Shown: positions 54,101 through 64,000 of the stretch, one piece after another
Numbering within the stretch: the first letter of the stretch is position 1
How the letters are laid out: each line of letters begins with the position of its first letter
Source: Macrostomum lignano
Lineage: Eukaryota
NCBI GenBank assembly: GCA_002269645.1
Contig: NIVC01000673.1
Location: 310,001 to 374,000, forward strand
DNA: 64,000 bases
Direction of reading: 5' to 3'
Program-made: the position numbers and the translations under genes
The notes under the pieces: model-generated
Told to the model about the DNA's origin: nothing
Databases searched by the model: none
The model's input: the letters and a program-made list of their open reading frames with translations, nothing else

Positions 54101-57100
54101 ACAAACTATAAACAGCATCTTCACAAACTATAAACAGAATCTTCACAAACTATAAACAGAATCTTCACAAACTATAAACAGAATCTTCACAAACTATAAA
54201 CAGATTCTTCACAAACTATAAACAGATTCTTCACAAACTATACCAGAATCTTCACAAACTATAAACAGAATCTTCACAAACTATAAACAGCATCTTCACA
54301 AACTATAAACAGAATCTTCACAAACTATAAACAGATTCTTCACAAACTATAAACAGAATCTTCACAAACTATAAACAGATTCTTCACAAACTATACCAGA
54401 TTCTTCACAAACTATACCAGAATCTTCACAAACTGAAGCTGCACCGTCAGACTCATCAAGACTGCGCCATCGCCATTTCAGGCAAGCCTCGCAGAACCGC
54501 CTCCGGCCATCAGCAGCAGCTGCTGCTGAGTTCGGGCAACTCAGCCTGCCAGCTCGAGGACTCGGGCATCGCCGGCTCGCCAATCGATCTCACTGGCAGT
54601 CGGAAACGCTCAGCAACCGCAGCCTCTCTGCTGCATCATCTACATCCGGCATTCCAGTCTCCCTATCAGAGGCCGCAGCATCATCAGCTGCAGTGCGCCG
54701 AGGACCCGGAGCAGGTGGCCATCCTGACTGGAACCAGCGACGATCCTCTGGACCAGTTCATGTACATCAACGACCAGCAGAATGTGAAATGGCGCCGGCT
54801 GTACGAAAGGCACAGCAGGACGAATCCGCCGAACAGATGCGGCGAGTGTCTGAAGGACCTGAGCTGCAAAAGCGCCCTGATCATGCACTACAGGACCCAC
54901 ACGGGTGAGGGCTTTTGATGATGAAGCATTAACTTGGAGTCTGGATTTTTACTAGCACACCCCAAACGTTTACGAACACTCTGTACTCTGTTCGAGAACA
55001 CTCTGGAATCTTCTTTACTTCTCTCTGATAGCTTTTCTACACCATCCTGAACCCTTCTCTAAGCACCCTGAACCCTTCTCTACAGCACCCTGAACCCTTC
55101 TCTACAGCACCCTGAACCCTTCTCTACAACACCCTGAACCCTTCTCTACAACACCCTGAACCCTTCTCTACAGCACCCTGAACCCTTCTCTACAGCACCC
55201 TGAACCCTTCTCTACAGCACCCTGAACCCTTCTCTACAGCACCCTGAACCCTTCTCTACAGCACCCTGAACCCTTCTCTACAGCACTCTGAAGCCTTCTC
55301 TACAACACCCTGAACCCCTCTCTACAACACCCTGAACCCTTCTCTACGATACCCTGAACCCTTCTCTACAACACCCTGAACCCTTCTCTACAGCACCCTG
55401 AACCCTTCTCTACAGCACTCTGAAGCCTTCTCTACAACACCCTGAACCCCTCTCTACAACACCCTGAACCCTTCTCTACGATACCCTGAACCCTTCTCTA
55501 CAACACCCTGAACCCTTCTCTACAGCACCCTGAACCCCTGTCTACAACACCCTGAACCCTTCTCTACAACACCCTGGAACTTTGCTTTACAAAATGCATC
55601 AAACTCCGACATCCCCCCCGCGCACAGAGAGCAGTCAGCCGCAGAGAGCAAAGTCAAATAGAATTTGGATTATTTTTGGCCAAGGAAAAACAGTTCTGAG
55701 AATGAGAAGTGGGACGGGGGTCGAGGCCTCTCCTGCTCATAACTGAGTCTGTTTGACGAGTTAAGCCACTACAGGACGCGCTGGCTTGGAGCTGTGATGG
55801 AAAATCATGTAATCACATTTGATTTCAAGGGCCCGACCAGTTTTAATAAATAAAAATGAGACACACAGAGCCAGCCGGAGACAGCGCCTCTAAGTCCCTT
55901 CTTAACCCCCTCTTCCCGCGGTCACCCCTGCAACTCGCATCCACAGAAATCCCCCCTTGCCCAAAGATTTTGAGCCTCGGGGTCTGTAATGCAATTTGGC
56001 ATGCTGGCTCGGCGGAAAGACCGCGGGGAGAGATGAGGACGGCAGATAGATGAGGATAGATAGATGGATTTGAGATGCGCAAACTGCCGGGTCCAAAAAC
56101 CCTTCAAAATCCGCTGAATTCTGATCGGGTTAACAGGGGGGGGGGGGTCGACGCTCGTCATCATCTCCCGGCAGGCTGGGAGAGGCACAAACAAACACCG
56201 AATTTCTGCCTTCGGGGAAAAATGACAATATATCTGATTAGAAAGTTATCCTTTGGACTGGCCGATATATTTGTTATAATAAAACTATTTTGATGTGACA
56301 AAAATATCATTCTTTGAGTTTGGTATAATCCCTAACCCTCGGTTTCTTGACTGTCAGCAGCCTCCCAGACCCTCAGTTGCTGGGCCAGCCTCCCAGATCA
56401 TCAGTTGCTGGGCCAGCCTCCCAGATCCTCAGTTGCTGGGCCAGCCTCCCAGATCCTCAGTTGCTGGGCCTCCAGCCACCCAGATCCTCAGTTGCTGGGC
56501 CAGCCTCCCAGATCCTCAGTTGCTCGGCCAGCCTCCCAGATCATCAGTTGCTGGGCCTCCAGCCACCCAGATCCTCAGTTGCTGGGCCAGCCTCCCAGAT
56601 CATCAGTTGCTGGGCCTCCAGCCACCCAGATCCTCAGTTGCTGGGCCAGCCTCCCAGATCCTCCGTTGCTGGGCTATCCAGCCTCCCAGATCCTCGGTTG
56701 CTTTGCCAGCCTCCCAGATCCTCAGTTGCTGGGCCAGCCTCCCAGATCCTCAGTTGCTGGGCCAGCCTCCCAGATCCTCAGTTGCTCGTCCAGCCTCCCA
56801 GATCCTCAGTTGCTGGGCCAGCCTCCCAGATCCTCAGTTGCTGGGCCAGCCTCCCAGATCCTCAGTTGCTGGGCCTCCAGCCTCCCAGATCCTCAGTTGC
56901 TGGGCCTCCAGCCTCCCAGATCATCAGTTGCTGGGCCAGCCTCCCAGATCATCAGTTGCTGGGCCATCCAGCCTCCCAGATCCTCAGTTGCTGGGCCAGT
57001 CTCCCAGATCCTCAGTTGCTGGGCCAGTCTCCCAGATCCTCAGTTGCTGGGCCATCCAGCCTCCCAGATCCTCAGTTGCTGGGCCATCCAGCCTCCCAGA

Positions 57101-60100
57101 TCCTCAGTTGCTGGGCCTCCAGCCTCCCAGATCCTCAGTTGCTGGGCCAGCCTCCCAGATCATCAGTTGCTGGGCCAGCCTCCCAGATCTTCAGTTGCTG
57201 GGCCTCCAGCCACCCAGATCCTCAGTTGCTGGGCCAGCCTTCCGGATCCTCAGTTGCTGTGCCAGCCTCCCAGATCTTCAGTTGCTGGGCCAGCCTCTCG
57301 GATCCTCAACCTAAAGTGTGACCTGTCCCTATACACCTGATATCAGTTACTGAGTGATAAAATTGCCTGAATCAAGGCAGCATCAATTAATGACCATCAA
57401 TTCCCCAGTTGAGCGGAGATGCAGAGCTCATAAAAAACATTGAAAAACCGCTCTGCAAGATTAATGAGCGGATGCTGACCGTGTGACAATTTTAATTAAA
57501 GCGAAGTCTGCAAGCTGTAACAGACACACCAGAATTTCCCTGTCGAGTTCTCGCCGTATCCCCAATGGGAATTCCAATTAAAACAAGCCCGTCAAGCAGG
57601 TCCTGGCATCGCGATATGACAGCGAAGAGGAGCTGTCGGACAATCAGCCCCCAGTGCTCTGGTCAGCTTTTTGCTCATCTTGTCAAAAAATCTTTAACCC
57701 CGCCGCATTGCATACCAAAAATGCGCTATAGCCCAGCTTCCCATCCGCAGAATCTCTTTCTCCATCACTACGTACCGTGGGCCATTCTTGGCGGGGTCGC
57801 CCTCCAGCTTTGATCTGATTACCGCGCACCCCTCAGCTCCAGTGCTGTCTCTGCCAGGGGCTGGGGAGCCATGCCGCCCAGTCACGGCCAAGAGGGGGAT
57901 CTTTTTCTGGAGCCCAACTCCCCCCCTGCTCGAAATTAATTCGCGGTGGGCCAACAAATTTAATATGGGCATCGGGGTTGGGAGGCTGCCTGGGCCTCGG
58001 GGTCCCGGCCTTTACAATCTGCATAAATTTAATATTATTTCATATATGTATAAAATATATGGATATAAGTGGAATTCCCAGAACAACTTTTGGGATCTTT
58101 GAAGCAAAGGTGCCGGGCCGTTTAGCCCGGGCAGATCTCAAGAATTGAGTTATCATCCATGACTGCGGGAGAAGTGAGGAGGGAGGCTGGCGGCGGCAAA
58201 ATTCATTCATTTAATCCTTCTTCTCTTTCATCCCCTTTGGTTGACCCCTGAGTTGAATGTCTGCCTCGGCTGGGAGCTGGCGGTCACCAGGGAGTCGCAG
58301 AGCCCGCAGCCAGTCCGCCCCATCGGAAGTGTCGCATTTCTACCCGGCCAGGCGAGCGTCTTTTGGGAGGGGGAAGATAAAAGAGAGAGATGATGATGTC
58401 TGGAAGAATTCGCCCCAGGCTCGCACGCGGAGTGCCCAAAAAAAGCTGGAAATTTTCTCAATCTGGGCATTTTCTTTCGGCAAGATAAAAAAGCAGTTAA
58501 GAAATTTTTCTCCGCGGGCTTTCGTGACTGGCTTAGCGGGCGGTTCAGCCGTCTCGATTTGGTAGAAAAACTCCCCGATTTTACCTGACAGACTCCCCGT
58601 GACGAATCCGCGGATCCCCCAAGTGTCTCTAAAGACCTTCATGTCTACCGTTTCTGAATTATAAATGTTATGAATTGCGGCTGTCCGCAATCACGTGCCT
58701 ACCCCCCCCCCCGGTTTTTAATACAGCGCCCAGCATCCTCCCATAAAAGATTTGTGCAAGAGAGACTTGGAGTTCAGCTAGGCTGCCTGGGAGAATTCTG
58801 CTGAGGATATTTAAGACAGGCAGGTGCAAGTTCTGAGGATTTTTGTCCGGGGATTTTTTTGAGATCGTATAATTTCAATCATAAAATGTCTCCAGGATGG
58901 CATGGTTGTGCTCATCAATTATTAGTCCTTAGGTAGGGCCCCGCGCTACCTGCCTTCATGTACCAAGGATATAATAGCCTTAATTAAGCAGCCTCTTGTT
59001 TTCCCTTTTCTCAAATCCCCCAAATCATGAGAGATGCCCCTCTGACGCATCCAGCTTCCATGGCATTTTAGCGCTGGCATAAACGGGGAATCCCCTACAG
59101 GATGAGAAAGTGTCCCGGGGGGATTCAGTTAGTTAAAAATGCATGCATTGAGCAATGCGGCAGGCACTGACCGCCACAGACAATGAATTCTGTTCCCTAT
59201 TGCGGCCCGAACTGCATCCTTGTGATCGCAACTGGAGCATAACGCGTAACACGCCAAAGTCATGCTCTGCTTCACTCACGTCTCGGAACTGCAGCACATT
59301 TATTGTCTCAGAAGCCGGCCGCCATGAGCTCTCTCAGGCATGCTTATATTAATATTATTTATCATAAAGTCATGCCTTGCAGATCCGCAACTTTGCGTGT
59401 CACCGCCCCCTCCCATGACTTGACCTCATCAATTATGACACATGAGCAGAGCGCATGCGGCAGTATGAAGTGATGAAGTTAGCCGGGCTTAGGTCTGCCT
59501 TAGTAAAATCCCAACATTATTGAAAATCCACACCGCCTTACGCGCAGAAGAGCGGCCCTACATCTGCCGGATCTGTCACAAAAGCTTCACCACCAAGGGC
59601 AATTTGAAGACGCACCTGGGCGTGCACCGGGAGCTGCTGCCGATTCTTCGAGGCATCGGAGCTTCGCCGCCAAGGAGCTGCAGTTCGCAGGCGTCTTCCG
59701 CAGCGCAGGCGCATCATCAGTTTATGGAAGCTGCTGGTCAGCAGGACAGCTTTGCTAACGGAGGCGGAGACAGTCAGGTGGGTGCTTGGGTTTTTACTTA
59801 GCTCAAAAACACCCTCTATGACCAGCTAAAAGCCACCCTCTATGACCAGCTACAAGCCACCCTCTATGACCAGCTAAAAGCCACCCTCTATGACCAGCTG
59901 CAAGCCACCCTCTATGACCAGCTACAAGCCACCCTCTATGACCAGCTACAAGCCACCCTCCATGACCAGCTGCAAGCCACCCTCTATGACCAGCTACAAA
60001 CCACCCAACCACCCTCTATGACCAGCTACAAACCACCCAACCACCCTCTATGACCAGCTACAAGCCACCCTCTATGACCAGCTACAAGCCACCCTCTATG

Positions 60101-62414
60101 ACCAGCTACAAGCCACCCTCTATGACCAGCTACAAGCCACCCTCCATGACCAGGCGGCAACCCAGAAGTATTTGCTAGAATATTTGAGCCCCAATCCACC
60201 ATAACTCCAGCCAGTTTGTGCGCCCTAAAAGTTATTTGCACTGCCTCGGAACTAAACAATTTTCGAGTCCACCCATTCTCATCCCTCTCAACCCCCACAG
60301 TTTCTGGCGATGAAGCCTGTCTGTCAGGCAGTTATTAATAAATTGAGCAATCCCTAACTCGAATCTACAGAGCATTTATCAAACAGAGTGCTCTGGTATC
60401 TAGAACAACTGGTATCTGTGCCCCATTACTAAATATCGAATTATTCGAACAACTCTCTGCCAACAAGTTCGAGTCCAAATCATTCAGTTCCGGCTGGGTT
60501 ATTGCCGGCTGGGTCAACACAGCCAGCCAGTCATATTTGCTGATGGCTGCAGAGAAACACATGCAACTGACCGCTGCCCCCCTCTCAATCATTCCCTGTT
60601 GTTGGCAGATCTTGCTGGCATCGCCCCGGAGTCGCCAGGGCGCCACGTCGCCTCCGGCGCCGCCGATGTCGGCCGCCGCCGCCGCTGCCGCCGCCGCCGC
60701 CGCCGCGGCCACCGGCTTGCCGTTCCCAACCGGACTTCCGCTGTTCCCCTTCCGCTGCCTGCCGCCGCTTCCGCCGCCTCCACCGCCGCCACCGCCGCCG
60801 CCACCGCCGCCGCCTCACCTGTCGACATTCCAGTTGGACCCTCTGCCGCCGCCGCAGTCTCTGCCTTTGGTTTCAACCGTCGCCCAGTCGGAGCCGCTCG
60901 AGCTCACCACCACGAAGAAGTCGCCATCGCTTGGATCGACAGCTGCGCCGGTCAAGCAGCCGGTGGAAGATCTGACAGCGGCGTCGGTGCAGTCAGCAGC
61001 TGCGATGGATGTCGGCCTGCTGCAGCAGTCGTTCCTTACAGCGGGGGGCGGTTTCGGCCGAGCCGAACGCGAGTCCAAGACCACCTGCCACCTGTGCAGC
61101 AAGGTGTGCAGCTGCAAGAGCGCCCTGGAGATCCACATGCGAACTCACACCAAGGAGAAGCCGTTCCGCTGCGGCTACTGCGACAAGAGCTTCAGCACCA
61201 AGGGCAACATGCGGCAGCACGAGAACACCCACCGCCGGGCCGGCGGCAGCGGCAACCCGCTGACCGGCGCCTCGTCCTCGGCACACGGCAGCGACGACTT
61301 CTCGCAGCCGCCGAATTCAATCGACGAAGAGGAGGAAGAGGCCGAGACCGACTGCGAGCGCCGATCGCCTACGGACAGCGGGGCCGCAGCCCCGGCCGTT
61401 GTCAAGGACAACTTCGACGAGGCAACCAACGAGGAAGACAAGAATGAAGCGATAGCGGAGGCTGAAGATGAGGCAAACGATGAGGTGCAGGATGGAGGCG
61501 ACGAGTCGGCAGTTTTAATCTACCGGCCTGGGCCGGTGGCCACCCCGCCGATGGTCCCGTCAACCACGTCGGCCACCACCTCGACACCGCTGGTGCCGCC
61601 GCTGCCGCTGCTGCCCCCACCGCCTCCGCCACCGCCTCCGCCGCCGCCGTCTCAGCAGCAGCAGCCGCAGCAGCAGCAGCAGCCGACGAAAATCAAGCGA
61701 ATCTGCGAATACTGCGGCAAGGAGTGCCCGACCAAGTCGGCGCTGGACATTCACCTGCGCTCGCACACGGGGGAGAAGCCGTACCAGTGCCCCCGCTGCC
61801 ACAAGAGGTTCAGCACGCAGGGCAACATGCAGGCGCACGTGAAGCGGCACTGTCCGGAGACGCGCAACGAGCGAGCCTCCATGGTCAGCGCGGCGGCGGC
61901 TGCTGCGGCTGCGGCTGCGGCTGCGGCCGCCGACCACCAGCGGCAGCATCACAAAGTCGGATCCCAGCAGCAGCCTCAGCAGCCGCAGCAGCAGCAACTG
62001 CCGACTCCGCAGCCGCCGCTGCATTTCGGCTCCGTGTCTGCGGGTCTGGACCCGTCCGGTCGCTCGACGCAGCCTCCGCCGCCCGTGTCATCGGCAGCCG
62101 CCGCCGCCGCGGCCGCAGCCGCCGCAGCCGCCTTCCACCACCCGATGATGGACTTTCCGCCGCTGCCGCTGCACCCGCCGCCGCCGCACCCGCCGCCTCC
62201 TGCCTTCCTAGCCGGGTTCCTAGCCGGGCCGTCGAAGCAGCACCAGCAGCAGCCGGGCTCGTTCCTCAGTCCGCACTGGAGCCCCCTGATGGGCGGCTTC
62301 CCCGGCCCGCTGTTCCACGCGGCGGCGGCGGCGGCGGCAGCGGCGGGTGGCCAGCTGGACTTCAAGCCGGCGCAGCCGTCTCACGCCACGGCCGACCTTC
62401 ATGGCGACGACTGA
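51196..62414 (+). CDS. SALL: Spalt/SALL C2H2 zinc-finger transcription factor, 4 exons, about 1070 aa, three double fingers
   Basis: Exons 51196-51949, 54482-54904, 59548-59777 and 60609-62414, phase-consistent. DDPLDQFM..PNRCGECLKDLSCKSALIMHYRTH plus RPYICRICHKSFTTKGNLKTHLGVH carries the SAL box FTTKGNLK. Pair 2 is CHLC..HMRTHTKEKPFRCGYC..FSTKGNMRQH. Pair 3 is CEYC..HLRSHTGEKPYQCPRC..FSTQGNMQAH. Q-rich N-terminus; poly-Ala and poly-Pro tracts. Confidence 0.92.
51968..52617 (+). repeat. 23-mer CTTCAGGGACGGGTTCAGTAAAG, spalt intron 1
   Basis: Direct reading. Confidence 0.95.
53832..54433 (+). repeat. 22/21-mer AATCTTCACAAACTATAAACAG, spalt intron 1
   Basis: Direct reading. Confidence 0.95.
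55045..55576 (+). repeat. 22-mer CACCCTGAACCCTTCTCTACAG, spalt intron 2
   Basis: Direct reading. Confidence 0.95.
56355..57305 (+). repeat. 28/32-mer CCTCCCAGATCCTCAGTTGCTGGGCCAG, spalt intron 2
   Basis: Direct reading. Confidence 0.95.
59806..60152 (+). repeat. 24-mer CCACCCTCTATGACCAGCTACAAG, spalt intron 3
   Basis: Direct reading. Confidence 0.94.
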
Positions 62415-64000
62415 CTCGGGGGAAGAATCCTCAACAGAAAAAAGATTTCTCCCTCTCTCACTCTCTCACTGGACCGGCGCCCAGTCGTGCGTACAGATTT
62501 CGAAGTGGAACTTGGCAAAGCAATCCACAGCAGTGGGGACAAGCTTTGATAATATAATATTAACTGACTCTTTTAAAACGGGCGATGACTTCTCAGCCGC
62601 ATCAAAAGAGGCTGACGAGTGAGGAATTGATGAGGAGAAGCCATGGGAACTGCATGCAGCCGAATCCTCTTCCCCATTTCCCCTTGCCGATTTCCCCCTT
62701 GGCTGTCCAGCCGAGCATTCATGGCATCCGCAGCCCCGGGAGCTCTTGAGCATGCTCGCCCGCTTGAGAATGATGTCTTCTATAAAAAAGTGGCGGCAAG
62801 TGAGGGGCAAATCTGCTAAAACGATTTCTATTGCGTCTCTTTCCTGGAATGCCTTCAATACGACACCGTTATTAGGGTACCAGTTATTGCAGGTGGGGGG
62901 GAGGCCCAGCTTCCCCGCCTCATCGCTGGGGAGCACTTGGTCATGCTCCATCCCTTGGCTCTCAATTCCTCTCTCTCCTCTTCTGTCCATAGAAGCAGAT
63001 TAATTTGAAAATTTATCCTGAAACCGAGAAGCCGCCCCCTGTTTCTGCTTGGTGAAGACATTTCAAGTTTTTTGCGTTCGTAGATTCGCGTGCGTTGGAT
63101 AAAAAAGACAAACTTGTTTTCATCTATTAATATCATCATTGTTTATTATTTTAGTTGATTTGAAATAACTGTTCCTCGCGCATCTAACTGCGCTCTGAAT
63201 GTTGTCATTATAATTAATATGATATCATGTACAACTGTACCTTGAGCACACCATGCGTACCTGTCACACTCCCGTAGCTTCTGTCTAGCAGCACAAAATT
63301 ATGAAATAAAAACATACGATTAACTTACAACTCAATCAATGTAGCAAGAAAAAATTGAAACTGAAAATTTGACTCGCTCAATTTCAATAAGCATTCATAG
63401 GGGGGGATCAGCCAAAACTTCAGCCAACCGTTTGAAGTAGCCGACAACAATGGCCTGCATTTCATCATCATCATCATCAAAAAGCGCGCACCCCAGACTC
63501 CGATGGCCGGATGAATAAAGGGCAACACCTTCGCTACCTGAGCAGGCTGATTGATTGGCATTTTTGCATTGCAATCATCAATTTGAGCAGCAACTGAGAC
63601 ATGCTGGGACTGCCCTTAATCCATTGCCCCCACCCCCTAATCAATAGCTCAACTTGTTTCCTGCAACTCTTCAAGCGGAACAAAGATTAATTGTGTGTCT
63701 TAAAAAAAGAGAGTTGAATTCCAACCATCAATTACAAGTCACAATAACAATAATAATATTAATATTAATGACTGCATTATTTCATTTTATCATTTATTTT
63801 ACAGATTCAAACAAACTGCACTACTTACATTGAGTTTTAAGTAGTAGAATACGGGGGTTATTTATTGTAGTTTTTTTGTTATAAACATTATAACAAAGCT
63901 AGTGAAGAAGCGGCTGAAGAGATTAAGAAAATGTTTAATATAATAATAGTACTTTTTAATAAAACGAACACAGAAGCAGTACGTAAAAACGAGAGAATGA

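Noticed and set aside
60365-62622. Long alternative-frame and antisense ORFs over the last spalt exon, and similar ones over lectin and kinase exons
   Set aside because: These are shadow ORFs expected from GC-rich, low-complexity coding sequence.

Overview
Eukaryotic (animal) genomic DNA with short GC-rich exons and introns filled by locus-specific minisatellites. This style resembles the free-living flatworm Macrostomum, but that is inference from composition and gene structure only. I could reconstruct five spliced or nested protein genes by hand: (1) a dynein axonemal intermediate chain DNAI4/WDR78 (+, 14 exons, 1928-16655, first exon not found); (2) a paraxis/scleraxis-type bHLH gene nested antisense in one of its introns (-, 12974-13348); (3) a secreted AbfB-like/F-type lectin mosaic protein (-, 25963 to at least 21963); (4) a HUNK-like AMPK-related Ser/Thr kinase (+, 28110-39718); (5) a spalt/SALL zinc-finger factor (+, 51196-62414). 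There are also about 40 tandem arrays, a SINE-like repeat in four pieces, a tRNA-like element and an inverted partial exon duplication. The most striking unexplained structure is in the kinase gene. Two different minisatellite families each occur as a sense array in intron 1 and as a reverse-complement array in a downstream intron, in crossed order (A, B, exons 2-5, A', exon 6, b', exon 7, B'). This gives kilobase-scale intramolecular complementarity around the catalytic exons. Weaker inverted array pairs flank spalt exon 2 and the bHLH exon. All exon coordinates were derived manually from GT/AG boundaries and phase continuity. Repeat boundaries are approximate (about +/-10 nt). No database searches were run.
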